The notes under the pieces were generated by a model, which saw only the letters and a list, made by a program, of their open reading frames with translations, ran no database searches and was not told the origin of the DNA. Source: Stegostoma tigrinum (taxonomy: Eukaryota). Taken from it: 64,000 nt of DNA. The stretch's first letter is position 1. Each line of letters begins with the position of its first letter. Of the stretch, positions 1-12,648 are shown piece by piece. The stretch spans positions 81,375,661-81,439,660 of the forward strand of contig NC_081363.1 in NCBI RefSeq assembly GCF_030684315.1, in the 5' to 3' direction. The translations under genes were made by a program, and so were the position numbers.

Positions 1-804
1 ATTCATTGCTTTAAATAGTTATTCTTTACATATTGCCGATACCTTCTGTTCAAATTCTCAAATCTGTTTCCCTAGTCCTTGCTATCAGAAAGTTTTACCT
101 TGTTTAACTTGTCGAAACCTTTGATTTTTTGGCGAAGTTTCAATTCTTTCTATTTAATCTATATTTTTTCAAACTTCCTAAAAATCTACAGAGACAAAGC
201 CCATGGTATACTCTTCAATCTCCTCTGCTACTTCATCTAAAGTTTACTGACCTCACTCACTTCACATCATGCATGCCTGGGATGGGGTTCTCCAAGGCAA
301 AAGTCTTTTGCTGTGACTACGGTAGCACAACACCCTCTATGTAAAGTGCTAAATATAAAGCTGCAATTTCAGACTGCGGGTGGAAATTTAGGTTTTCACA
401 CGAGAATGACAGCAGATCCAGAAGCATCAGAGAAAAAGCAGTGGTAGGCATGGACAATGCAGGGGCGGGGGGGGAAAAAAGGATAAAATCACAAACCCAA
501 AGCATGAAACATTTGAACATCAAAAGGAAGTGAGCTCAACCATTGTGAACAGATTATATGGTAGTGCCAAGGTATCACACTTAGCACAAGATCCTGGAGT
601 ACTGACTAATTGTATAGGTTCTGTCAGTAGGAAGAGCATAGATTAGAAGTAAGTGGACTAAATCAGCAGGATCTCCAATGTGATAACCCCTATAAGACCT
701 GTGAGGAATCACCAACTAATCTCGTCATGGAGATTTTTTTGAGTGTGAATCCAGAGGTGTGTAATAATATCCCTGAACAGGTTAATTAGAAAACAGGTAA
801 AGAA

Positions 805-1096
805 AAACATGGTAGTATCTCTACCCCTGGACAAGGAGGCCCAATTACAAGTCCCACTCTTCCAAGAGGGGTGTAATAACATCTGAACTTCCTTAGGAAA
901 TAGTGGCTGTGGGCACAACAACAACATATAAAAAACACTTATGTACATAAATGGAAAAGGTTTGCAGGGATATGGGGCCAGCAGCAGGAAGGTGGGATTA
1001 ATTTAGTATGGGATTATATTCAGCATGGACTGGTTGGACCAAAGGTTCTGTTTCCATGTTGTATGATTCTATGACTCTAACAGGTTGATTAGAAAA
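805..1096 (+). mobile_element. Short tRNA-derived SINE split by a nested CR1 3' fragment (~890-1078)
   Basis: ggtagtatctctacccctgga...caagtcccactc...gtgtaataacatctgaac resumes as aacaggttgattagaaaa at ~1079, after a CR1-type tail (ggactggttggaccaaagg...ctatgactcta). Related copies lie at ~745-790, 31705-31780, 33935-34025, 37365-37470 and 45660-45765. Confidence 0.6.
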
Positions 1097-1474
1097 ACTG
1101 GTTAATTTTTTTTTGTAAGTTGACTCAGGGATGGGTCTGCGTAACTGCCTGTCTTGGGCTGGGACTAGCCTATTCATGCAATGCGTAGTGGCACTATTTT
1201 GAAGTTCAATAATAAGCAATGTTCCTTCTAATCATGTTTCCTGAGTTATTACACTCTAACAATTAGCAAGGCAGAGAGCTTTACACCAGCCCAGCTGCAC
1301 TGGGGTCAACTGCAACTAATATTCAGCCCCTTAAGCCTAACCTAACCCTGGAAGTGTTTAATGGGACTGCGCTGAGGGAGATTTGCTCAGTATCTAACTC
1401 ATGTTGTATCACCTGTCTTGGGAGAATTATTGCTGACGTCGCAGACTGGCATTATGCAAAAGTTTAATTTTGTG

Positions 1475-2465
1475 TCATAAAGTCATGCAGCCCAGCAACA
1501 GGCCCTTCAGTCCAACTTGTCCACGCTGACCCAAAGTCCTAATCTGACCTAGCCCCATTTGTCAGCATCTGGCCCAGAACCCTCTAACCCCTTTCTATGC
1601 ACAGACCCATCTAGATGCCTTTTAAATGTTGCAACAGTATCCACCTCCAACACTTCCTTTGGCAACTTGCTCCAAACATGCACCACCCTCTGCACAAAAA
1701 TATTGACCCTCAGGTCCCTTTTAAATCTTTCCCCCTCAAATTAAATCTATGCCCTCTACTTTTGCACTCACTTACTCTGGGGAAAAGATCTTGAGTATTC
1801 CACCCTGTCCACACCCCTCATGATTTTATAAAACTCTATTAGGTCATGCCTTACCTTCTAACATTCCAGGGAAAAAAGCCCTAGTCTATTCAGGCTTTCC
1901 CTATAACTTAAACCCTCCTGTCCTGGCAACATCCCTGTAAATCTTTTCTGCGCCCTCTCAAGTTGAACAACATCCTTCCAATAGAAGGGCGACCAGAATT
2001 GTATGCAGTATTCGAAAAGTAGCCTCAGCAACATCCTATACAGCTACATGACATCTTAACTCCTACATTCAATGTTCTGAACAATGAAGGCAAGCACACC
2101 AAACGCCTTCTTCACCACTTGTCTACCTGCCACTCTACTTTCAAGGTACTATGTTGCTCAGCAATAGTCACTACCAGGGCCTTACCATTAACTATGTAAG
2201 TCCTGCCCTTGCTCAGCTTAGCAAAATGCAACACCTCACAGTTATCGAAATTAAATTCCACCTGCCACTCCATGGCCCATTGGCCCATTTGATCAAGGTC
2301 TAATTGTACTCTGAGATAATCTTCTCCATTGTTCCCTACACCAACTATATTGGCGTCATCTGCTAATTTACTAACCATACCTCCTATATTCACATCCAAA
2401 TAATTTATGTAAATGATGAAAAGCAGTGGGCCCAGCAGTAATCCTTGTAGCACACTGCTGGTCAC
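1475..2465 (-). mobile_element. CR1 LINE, 5'-truncated, degenerate RT C-terminal half and 3' UTR
   Basis: ORF 2112-2501 reads VTSSVLQGLLLGPLLFIIYINYLD...VSKLADD...QWAMEWQVEFN (CR1 RT motifs). The CR1 3' end is at ~1480. Confidence 0.9.
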
Positions 2466-2764
2466 CACTTGAGCACTAATAGTCTTATAATACTGAAGCA
2501 AAATGTTCTAAAAAAACACTAGTTCCTCTTCCCATCCTCTGATAACAAACTTTAATCTGATAAAAGCAAAATGTAGAGGAGATCAAGATGTCAATGGTTT
2601 TGCAATCATATTTCTGCAACACAAATTTACCTGAGTATTTCTGCAGTCTATCACCTCAATTGTGATGTATCATGTGGTAAAAAAGTAAATAATATGAGGG
2701 AGGAATTTGGTCAGATGTGATCATAATTTAATTCCACCCTCACTATATCAAACAGCAAGAATAA

Positions 2765-2950
2765 AAGTAGGATTTGCATTACTAAAGCTTTTTTTCCAAC
2801 CTTGGGATGTTCCAAAACCAATTGTGTACTTCTGAAATGTGGCAACTGTTGTAAAGAAGACAAAAGCAGACCCAAATTGCTTACTGAATTATCCTACAGG
2901 TAGCAATGAAGTAAATGACCAGCTAACCTGGTTATTGATGTTATTTGTTC
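2765..2950 (-). mobile_element. Deu-domain SINE 3' portion, degenerate
   Basis: The reverse complement resembles the tail of the copy at 11667-12070 (ttgcatt...aaagc...ccattgtgtacttctgaaatgtggcaactgttgtaa). Confidence 0.5.
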
Positions 2951-3532
2951 CAGTTATTTAAATGGTACTGTCTACCATCAAGAAGGGCACACCAACAACG
3001 TCAGAAAAGACAATCGCATCAAGCCCTAAACTGACATAAGTATACACCACCCAGATTTGGACATATACACCTTTGTTCCTTCATCAGCACTATAAGCTGC
3101 AGCCCCCAACTTAAGGCTTGGTAGCACCTCAGGAGGATCATCACCTTCTTACATTAGTATCAATGGCCTTGCCACCATCAACCGTATCCCAGAATGGTAA
3201 CTGCTGCAATAATCACATAAATATTTCACACGCTCATGGGTGATTTTATTTTTCAAATCAAGGGTGGGATTCTTTCAAAATGAGATCACACTGCACAAAA
3301 TGAGAAAGATATCAAGAGAATCTATACAAAATTCTTCAGTGCCATTTTTAAATATCATGCACAGGTAGAGATTAACTTCGAAAAGAATAAATTCCTTAAG
3401 TTAAATCTTCTGAAATTGAACGACATGTCAATTACATAAGGGAAAATATGGTCTTGGACTGGATGGAAGCTGAGATGCAGCGGGGAGAGAACAAATTACA
3501 GTGGAGCACAAATGGAAATTCATTGAATCGCT

Positions 3533-3896
3533 GAATCCCTACAGAGCAAAAAGAGGCAATTTGGCCCATCGGATCTGCACTGACTCTCTGAAGAGCATCC
3601 CACCCAGATCCAGCCCTCACAATACTGCGTGGATTTTGTTTTTAACCATGGCTAACACACCTAACCTACACATTCCTAGAAACAATGGCCAATATAGTAT
3701 GAGAAATACATCTAACCTGCACATTTTTGGACTGTGGGAGGAAGCCAGAGCACCCAGAGGAAGCCGGAGCATCCGGGGGAATCCGACGCAGACACGGGAG
3801 AATGTGCAAGTGACACACAGACAGATGGTCAATGCCAAAATTGAACATGGGTCCCTGGTGCTATCAAACAGCAGTGTTAACCACTGTGCCAGCGTG
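3533..3896 (-). mobile_element. HE1-type V-SINE
   Basis: The reverse complement has a tRNA-like head (ggcacagtggttaacactgctg...gggacccatgttcaatt), the V-domain (cttgcacattctcccgtgtctgcgt...cctcccacagtccaaa) and a CR1-like tail. Confidence 0.9.
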
Positions 3897-4927
3897 ATTA
3901 GGGAGGTATAATGGAGAAATGTGATTTTATAATGGGGAAAGTAGAGTTGCAATGGTCGGGAAAGTGGGGCATGATCTGAAAAAGTTCATTGTGTAGGCAA
4001 CAATCATTAAAATTTTCAGGTTACTTTTACATTTATTTTATGCTCAGCACAAAGCCTCTAAAATCCTTGAGTCTTCAGAAAAATCTTGAGGAGAGTTGGA
4101 AGATTTTTCCATTACTTTGCAGCCATCCTGCCCATTCCCATTTCTTATCACCTTTTCCTGAGTGCACAATCTGTTCCCATATGCCCTTATAACAAGTTGC
4201 AATTGTACAAACATAAAAACAGTCTTGCATTTCATTAGCGACCTTCACAACCTCAAACATGTCTCATAATACTTTGCATCCAATTAAGTTATTTTAAAGT
4301 GCAGTGTGATGAAAGTGGTATAGATTATAATTAAGGTCTGTATACATTAACATGATACTTATAGTCTGCATTATAGAAAAATGGTATTTGGGTGAAGGGT
4401 TTAAAAAATAAAAGAGGTCAGACAGTCCTTCTGAAACATTATCCTAATTCAGTAAGTATCAGAGAGCAGGGATAAATGGCAATTAATATTTACTGTGGTG
4501 CTTTGTAGCAGGTGTATTATAGATTGAAGGTCAGCTATTTGTTCTTGGTTTAAGTTAAGGTTTGATTTTAGTTGAAAAAAACCAGAGATTGAAAGCTTTT
4601 AGTCAGTTCAGTGGAGATCCAGCTGAGATCAGAAACAAATATGGACACATAGGAGTTACCTCAAAAGAAAAATTTAGTTGGTGAAAATTCCAAACCAGGA
4701 GTGTTTGGTTAGAAAAAAATGCAGGTTATTAGAAGTTTAAAAAGTCAAAGCTCTTAGTTTTAAGAGTATTCACATTAAAATGCTTCATCTTTTACAGGAA
4801 ATGACTGAGGAGAATTATTTAAATCAAACTTAAAGTTTGAGATGCAGGGGTAAGTTCTCCAGATGTGACAAGGAAGCCCCCTGCTGATTAGCATATACTG
4901 TCCTTACGCCAGTGATGAGCAACACTT

Positions 4928-5250
4928 GGGATGGCACGGTGACTCAGTGGTTAGCGTTGTTGCCTCACAGCGCCAGGAACCCGGGTTCAATTCCAGCCTT
5001 GGGTGAGTGTCTGGGCAGAGTTTGCGCATTCTCCCCGTGTCTACGTGGGTTTCCTCCGGGTGCTCCGGTTTCCTCCCACATTCCAAAGATATGCAGGCTA
5101 GGTGGAATGGCCATGCTAAATTGCCCAGAGTGAGTTCAGGGATGTGTAGATTAGGTGAGTTATAGGGAGATGGGTCTGGGTGGAATGCTCTGAGGGTCAG
5201 TGTAGACTTGTTGAACCGAAGGTCCTGTTTCCGCATTATAGGGATTCTAT
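4928..5250 (+). mobile_element. HE1-type V-SINE, near full length
   Basis: Head ggcacggtgactcagtggttagc...cccgggttcaattcc (pol III A/B boxes), V-domain gtttgcgcattctccccgtgtctacgtgggtttcctccgggtgctccggtttcctcccac, tail ...agggattctat. Confidence 0.93.
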
Positions 5251-6576
5251 AATCCATGAACACTTGGAGGAAGCAGTGAGAGTGACAAGAGGGCAAAACG
5301 TATTCTGGGTGGGAGCTTTCAATGTTCACCACAATGCCGGCTTGGCAGCAGCAGTAGATCAGGTCCTAAAGGACATAGTTGCTAGACTGGGTCTGCGGCA
5401 GAGAGCATGGGAACCAACAAAACAGAAAAATATATTTGGCCTCATCCTAACCTACCTTCCACATGAGATGCATCTGACCATGACAGTATCATTGACAGCA
5501 ATCACCTCATGGTCCATGAAGAGACCAAGTCCCCCTTCCATCATGTTTGTGGCACCATCACTGTGCTAAATGGAACAGACTTTGAACAGGTCTAACAACA
5601 AAAATGGACATCCATGAGGCGCTGTGGGCCATCAACAGCAGCAGAACTGCACTCCAACACAATCTGCAACCTCCTGGTCTGGCATTTGCCCCACTCAAGC
5701 ATTACCATCAAGTTAGCAGATCAATCCTGACTCAATGGAGAGTGCAGGAGCAGCATCAGGCATACCTAAAAATGAAGTATCAATCTGGTGAAGCTGCCAT
5801 ACAGAAATATTTACATGCCAAACTACATAAGCAGCAACTGATAGATAGAGCTAAGTAATCCTAGAATCAACAGTTCAGATCTAAACACTGCAATCCTGCA
5901 AAATCTCGTCATGAATGCTGCTGGACTATTAAACAACTCACTGGTGGAGGCAGCCCCACAAATATCCCCATCCCCAATGATGGAACAGTCCAATAACCAT
6001 GAACCACACAAAGGCTAGGCAATGACCATCACAATAAATGAAATTTAACCACCTCAATAAGAGACATTCTAATCACTGCCCCTTGTTATTCACTGGGGTC
6101 ATTATCACCACCCCTAGGTGTTATCACTGTCCAGAGACACAACTGGACTCACCATTAAAACGCAGTGGCTACATGAACAAATCACAGCTAGGACTACTGC
6201 AGTGGATAGCTTAAATTTTGACTTTCCAAAGCCTGTCCACCATCATCAAGTTACAAGTCAACAGTGTGATGGAATACTCTCCACATACCTGGATGGAGGC
6301 ACCTTCAATAACACTCAAGGAGCTTGTCACCATCCAGGAGCCCACTTGATGGGTACCAGATCCACAAGCGTCTACTCTCCACCGCCAACATTCAGTACAC
6401 ATTGCTGTGACTATCTACAAGATGCATTGTAAAAATTCACCAAAGATCCTTAGGTAGCACCTTCTAAACCCATGCCTACTTCCATTTAAAAGAACAAAGG
6501 CAGCTTATACATGAAAACACCACCACCCGCAAATTCCCCTCCAAGTGACTCACTAACCTGACTTGGAAATATATCA

Positions 6577-6992
6577 GTGATAAGATAATAAAATGTGAGG
6601 CTGGATGAACACAGCAGGCCAAGCAGCATCTCAGGAGCACAAAAGCTGATGTTTCGGGCCTAGACCCTTCATCAGAGAGGGGGATGGGGTGAGGGTTCTG
6701 GAATAAATAGGGAGAGAGGGGGAGGCGGACCGAAGATGGAGAGAAAAGAAGACAGGTGGAGAGAGTATAGGTGGGGAGGTAGGAAGGGGATAGGTCAGTC
6801 TAGGAAAGACGGGCAGGTCAAGGAGGTGGGATGAGGTTAGTAGGTAGGAGATGGCGGTGCGGCTTGGGGTGGGAGGAAGGGATGGGTGAGAGGAATAACA
6901 GGTTAGGGAAGCAGAGACAGGTTGGACTGGTTTTGGGATGCAGTGGGTGGAGGGGCAGAGCTGGGCTGGTTGTGTGGTGCAGTGGGTGGAGG
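6577..6992 (-). mobile_element. Penelope-like element 3' fragment with ~12-bp target-site duplication
   Basis: Near-identical to the end of the GIY-YIG-bearing element at 62300-62710. Flanked by ggaaatatatca (6565-6576) and ggaaacatatca (6993-7004). Confidence 0.88.
6645..6679 (-). ncRNA. Minimal hammerhead ribozyme motif (PLE type), probably impaired
   Basis: Minus strand reads CTGATGA-A-GGGT-CTAG-GCCC-GAAA-CA-TC. The conserved CUGANGA and GAAA boxes flank a stem II, but the stem III palindrome ACGT reads ACAT here. Confidence 0.7.
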
Positions 6993-9900
6993 GGAAACAT
7001 ATCACTTTTCCTTCATTGTTGCTGGGTCAAAATCCTGGAATTCCCTCCATAAGGGTATCATGGTTCTATGTACAGTACTGCGACAATTCTATTATGCTGA
7101 TGTACTTCTGTCAGGTATGATTTGTCTGGGTGTCAGATAAAACAGTACTTTTCACTGTATCTTGGTACATGTGACATTCATAAATCAAATCAAGGCAACA
7201 CACCACCACCATTTCAAGGGCAACTAGGACAAAACACTAGATGCTGGCCAGCCAGCAATATGTGTATTCCATGAGTGAATAAAAAAAACTTCTGTATCTC
7301 AACAGTTCAGCAGGAAGTTTACAATGATGACAGAATCTGTATAAATTTTGAGCATTTATACTGTAAGGGATAAAGTCAGTTGCATCATACCCTGTCTGAA
7401 ATATCTGCCAACTTTTGTCATCTTGCCTCATACATGAAAGATGACCTGTTGAATAAATAGGCCATGACCTTAAAATATTCTATGGAGCTTCATTTCTATT
7501 CAGAGAGTCCAAACATGATTTCACCGAGACCTATCTCAATCTCAATTTAATCGTCTCGTCATATGGAACACAACACTCAGCCCCCAAAGACTCTTGGGAA
7601 GTTGACACAGATTCCATGATTAGCAAAGTCTTAAGCTCACGCAGTCCCAAGACTCTAATCACAAAAGTTAAAATCCTGCCAAGACCCATTGAAAATAAAC
7701 AGACCAGCTCTTCAAGTCTGTCACATCATGACCAGTCAGAGTTCCGATGTTAACTCTGCAGTTCTCCAAAGCATTCCTGATAAGAAGGCAGCAAACTATT
7801 AAGCCAGAATTGGGTAAGCAACAAAATTTGCAGAATCTGAATCTTTAAATCAAAACAAAGTGACCAACTGCAAAATGGAATTCAAGTCAAGGCAGTCGGG
7901 GCACAGATTAAGGACTTGCTTATTATCAGCAATTAGCTTAGCAACGAGAAAATAGGGCAAATTTTACACTTGAAAGAGCAATTCAGATTCAACACAGCAA
8001 TGCAATCAACAAGACAGAATGTCCTAGAGGATTTAGCACTTAAACAAGATTAAACAGAAAAAAACAGGGAGAAGGTTAAATCGATAAATCAGACTTCACA
8101 CAATGATATTAAAGTCCCAGGAAGGGCTGCATCATCAGGAGTTTCAACATTCATCACAGACCCTCAGTTTGAGAAGTATATGTGAGAAGAAAAAGCAATT
8201 TCTTTTTAAATAAGAGATTTTTTCTTATTTTGTGTTGGACGAGATTGACAAATGTTTCTGTAGTCAGTGGTAAATTAGTTTAGATTAAGTCAAGCACACA
8301 GCAATTGAACAGTAATTTGTACTTGGTTTCATCAAATGCTTTTTCTTTAAAGCCAATACCTGTGATGAGAATGTGTGCTTTACATTTTGCTTCAATTAAC
8401 AAAGCATTCAAATAAATCATAAAAATACTGCCAATAATTCACCTCAATTTTGTAAATCCTATATCGTTCCTTCCTTTATGGAAAGATTTTCTCATTGCCT
8501 CTTCCATCTCATGTCCTCATTGCCCCAAGAAAACCTCTTCAAGCTGAAGGACGCTTCCTAGGGCCTGTATCCTTTCAGGGTAATTCCATATCTCAGTTAG
8601 CATGATCTGTCTCTCTCCGCTCAATTGTCTGCATTCAATGTCCTAAATCACAAGCAATTCCTGTGGTAAGAGTTTTTGGAATTAACTTATTCGGCCAGGA
8701 TTTAGTGCTAATCACCACTGGGTTTCAGATAGGTAAACAATATTTTCTCCTGGTATAAACACAGCACATTACAGTGTGTCCATGTTGTGCTAAGAGGATG
8801 ATAACAATGCATTCACACATCTCAGGGCAGGTTGTGCTGTCTGTCCATCACAGGTTCAAAGCTAACCTTGTCCATTCGCTCATTATCAACAAGTGAACAT
8901 CTTCCGATGAAGGATGTGGGAGAATAGGGGTGTGCTGTTGTTTAATGTGAGCGTTACGGAGGATCTCTTGGGTAGGAGTGGCTCCAAAACAGCATGTCAA
9001 CTCAAATGGAGTTAACTCTGTATAGCAAACTTGGCAGCTGCAACCGTGAACGAGCCAACAGACCAGTCATTATGGCACTTTAAGTGAACAGACCAGTCAG
9101 TGAGGATGACATCAGAATATCTCACATATTCAACCTACAGCATAACATGGTTTTAGCTGGGAAAACAGCAGGTAACGTATGCTGCTTCCGCCTGAGTAGT
9201 CAGTGGAATCCCAGCTACAAAACTAACAAGTTTAGGGAAACCATGGTCCAGGCTCTTGAGAACTTCTATCTCTGAATATTGTTCAGAGGTTTTGGTTACG
9301 CACTGCATAACTACATATCACTCCTGTTTATTCAGCAGAACGTGTGTTATTCACTTCAACTATATATACGTATCTTGTTTGATCAGCACGATAAAAGTTA
9401 CTGCATTATTGTGCATGATTCACAATCATTCAACAGGGTAGGGAAAGGAACAGCAATAAATCCTGGGAAATATTTCTCAACTTCTTGGGCATCCAATGAG
9501 AACAAAAATAAGCACCTAAACAGAGATAATAATTGTCTGATTGAATGGGAAAAATCAACAGATTAACAACTTTATGAAAACAAACTTGCCCCTTCCTTTT
9601 GCAGGATATTATAAACACTTTTAATGATCACTGATGCAGAAAAAAATCTGTAACAACAACCCTGGTCTCACTCCAATGGAAAATTGTTTCATCAACATCA
9701 GCATGTCTTTCATCAAATGAAGTTCAACCCTCAAGCTCCTATTTAATTATCAATAAATCAGATATCATTACAAGGAATTTTTATTGCCTCATAAAATGTT
9801 GACTCAAACCAAATGGCCTGCAGTTCCATCTTCCTGCAACATTTTAATGTGAACTCACAAAGACAAAAACACAGTGCGAGACAAAGCAGGTGATTTTAAT

Positions 9901-10179
9901 GTTGTCCAATTACAAAACAAACTCCCAAGCAGAGGTACAGTCAAGAACAGGAATCTTACCTCAATTGAAGGTCACAAATCACTTAACAGCTTGAATTATC
10001 AAAGTTAAGAGTATTCCTGGTACAGAGGCTAATTGTCTTGTGACTTGTAATTACAGGCCAGCTAGAGTAATACCTACCCCATAGAACACTATTTTACTTC
10101 ATAGGTAACAGACTTTAATTGCAGATGAAATTATCATGCATCTTGATAAATAGATCATTTTAAAAAGAATTAGTGACTG

Positions 10180-11200
10180 ATATAGGTCACAATTTATTGA
10201 GGTAATTGACATGATAGCTGGGGGTTAGAGAACCATATGCTTAAAAGCCTTTGAAAGATGCAGAATATTAAAGAAGATTACATGAGTAGCAAACTGGTTT
10301 GAAAATCCATTAGAGAGGGGAGTAAGCAGGAGTTAAGGGAAAATGTTCCAATGTGGTTACAAGGGGTTCATGGTGACCCCTAGGGTTCAGTTCTGGGACC
10401 ACTTCCGTCAATTGGATAGATTAATTATTTGGATGGTGGCCAGGAGGGAGTAGTACTCAAATCAGTAAATGATACAAAATAGAAGGAACAGCCAATTCTT
10501 TAGAAGAGCAGAGGACACTGAAAAGGAAGATCAATAACATGCAGGAATGGGCCATAGCTGCCAAATGGAATTCAATACTGCTAAGTGTTAGATGATACAT
10601 TTGGCAAAAAGAATTAATCATTCTTAGAATAAAAGAGAACAGAGCATCATGGAAGCGGTGATAAGAAATTCATTGAACTGAAGGGTTTATCATAAAGTAT
10701 AGAATTTAAATAGGTTATGATGAGCCCAGCTAAAGCCTTAATAAGATTTCAGTTTTAATAGTCTATTGAGAAGAAATTGAGGCTATGTGTTATTTCACTA
10801 AGATCCTGCTGGTGCCAGAGGAAAATGAAATATGAGAAAAGTCAGGAATAATTGAGGTCTTTGTATAAGAAGTTACAACTACAAGATATTATAAAGTGTG
10901 TAAAATGATGAAAGAAATGGTCAAGGTAGAAGCAATTGCAGAATCTAAACTGAAAGTCGACACTAATACAAGAAAAACAAACCAAAGCAATTGGGAGAAT
11001 CTAAAACCAAAGTTCGTGCTGATTGAAGAAAACAAAATAAAGTGCGAGCCTGGAGAATTCATCTTGCCAATTGAGGCAGTAACTGTGGCAACATTTAAAA
11101 TAAGAATGGATAGATGGATGAAATAAATGATGATTTAAATAAGTAAAGAGACAAAGCAGGAAAAATGATCAGGACTAAACAAACATTTTGAGGCCATGAT
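10180..11200 (+). mobile_element. Highly degenerate CR1-type LINE RT/3' region
   Basis: ggtgaccccctagggttcagttctgggacca (GVPQGSVLGP-like), gaatgggcc...aaatggaattcaatactgctaagtgt, and a 3' ...acatttaaaataagaatggatagatggatg. Confidence 0.65.
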
Positions 11201-11666
11201 TTAAAGGGTTGATTTCGATACATTTTATATCATATATCTTAGAGTTTGGCATAACCAATGAATTGGCTGAGTCATCAAAATGGAAACATTTTCAGGAAGA
11301 TGTGGTGGACTTGCATGCATATGGTATAATGGATCCAAGCTCCAGAAGGCAAACAATGCAAAATTAATTTTCCTGGTATAATGGGCAAACAGTTTCACAA
11401 AAAAGGGAATGACTACACAGGATAACTTGCAAACATCTTATCTGGTCAATTCAACAATAAGGAGAGAATTCAATTAGTCACCATGTAAACCAATAGGTCT
11501 TTTCTTTGTGATTTAATGGGATGTCAAGATCATTCGAAAGTCCAGCACTTACTGTCCATCCCAAATTGCCTTTGAACAGATGGCTATCTATTGGCAACCT
11601 ATTATAAAGTGCAAAATTCATCCAAAGCACAGGGAAATTCTAAGAACCCTGTAACTAAAACTGAAT

Positions 11667-12070
11667 TTGTCAGCTGTGGACCAGTGGTCACACTCTGGCC
11701 TCCGAGTGGGATTTGGAAAAACTCCAGCTGGATGCTTCAGTTGTGCACTGAGGGACTGCAACAACTTTGAAGCAGTTTTGAGCCATTCTTTGGATGGGAT
11801 GTTCAAATTGAAGCCACTCTGCCCTCTCAAAGAAACAAAAGAGATCCCTTGCCCCAAATCAAAGGTCTCTCCAGTGTAGTTATCACTGAACTAACATGTG
11901 GGCATTATCACATTCCTGTTTGTAGAGTGCTGCTGTGGCACAAGTTGACTGCCATATTTCCTACATTATACAACAGACCTTAAAGTTCAAAAGGCCTTCA
12001 TTAGCTGTCACGCAGTTTGAGTTGGCCTGAGATCTTGAAAAACGCCATATAAAAGCATGGTTTTCCTTTC
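11667..12070 (+). mobile_element. Deu-domain SINE (SacSINE1/AmnSINE1-like), degenerate
   Basis: tRNA-like head gtcagctgtggaccagtggtcacactctggcctccgagt. Deu-like core ctttggatgggatgttcaaattgaagccactctgccctctca...gagatccc, then attatcacattcctgtttgtagagtgctgctgtggcacaagttgactgccatatttcctacatta, and tail cgccatataaaagca. Confidence 0.75.
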
Positions 12071-12469
12071 CTTTGCATTGGATTTATTTGATCCTAATAA
12101 ACTAAGAGCTCTACTTCAACGAAGGCAAAGTAAAGGATAGTCAACATCACAAACCCAAACAAACAGTTAAAGAACACAGTACTGGAGAGCTAATATGGGT
12201 TTTAAAATCTGACAGTCAGGAAGGCTAGCTTTCTGGAAAACAGTGTCTATGCATCCACATGAGACCAAAAAAAAGAGGAAAAAGCACTAGCAGCATCACT
12301 CTGACAAACATTTGACTTTTACCCAGAATACTTCTCTTGGATTCAGCATCTGGGCAGGTATAGTGTACACGAATTAAACCGAAATCCTTGTCATTACATT
12401 CAGTTTACCAGATTTAAGAGATGCATTGTGATCATTTTGAATAAACACCTTTTAAGGCTTTAATAAAAA

Positions 12470-12648
12470 CATAAAACACTGGAGAGAGTTGTAGATCTAG
12501 CAGTATCTGCAGGGAGAGAAACAGAGTCCAAATACTGGACTTAGTTAACTGTCTCTCTCCACAAATGCTGTCACCTGCCAAACCTGGGTTTCTCCAGCAC
12601 TTCCTATTTTTATTTCAGATTTCCAGCATCTGCAGTATGTTATTTTTA
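12470..12648. repeat. Degenerate palindromic Penelope-derived miniature element
   Basis: ctggagaga...cagtatctgcagggagagaaacagag and gtctctctccacaaatgctg...tctccagcac form imperfect inverted arms, followed by tttcagatttccagcatctgcagt. Confidence 0.55.

Larger units (their letters stand above)
5251..7288 (+). mobile_element. Old CR1-group (L2/CR1 clade) LINE relic, internally deleted, interrupted by a Penelope fragment and a short LINE tail
   Basis: Endonuclease-like remnant VFWVGAFNVHH...WEPTK..NIFGLILT in ORF 5180-5569. The 3' end ...gggcaactagg...gctggccagccagc...atgagtgaataaaaaaaa is shared with copies at 27450-28430, 32255-32790, 39040-39420 and 44745-45500. Confidence 0.75.

Noticed and set aside
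1335-1430. Single degenerate unit of a repeat recalled as tandem in sharks (gtgtttgatgggac...gagggagctttactc.gtatctaac)
   Set aside because: Only one eroded copy; identity rests on memory and there is no array here.
4305-4870. TG...CA-bounded AT-rich block interrupting a Deu-SINE tail, as a solo LTR
   Set aside because: There is no TSD and the interrupted SINE does not visibly resume, so the boundaries cannot be supported.
4928-5000. tRNA-like sequences with A/B boxes (also ~50180-50250, 59540-59611, 39611-39690)
   Set aside because: They continue directly into SINE bodies and lack a complete cloverleaf, so they are SINE heads, not tRNA genes.
4904-5332. Recurring ORFs with CGRKPEHPEETH / PPGAPVSSH peptides
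   Set aside because: These are translations of the non-coding V-SINE domain repeated in each HE1 copy, not host genes.
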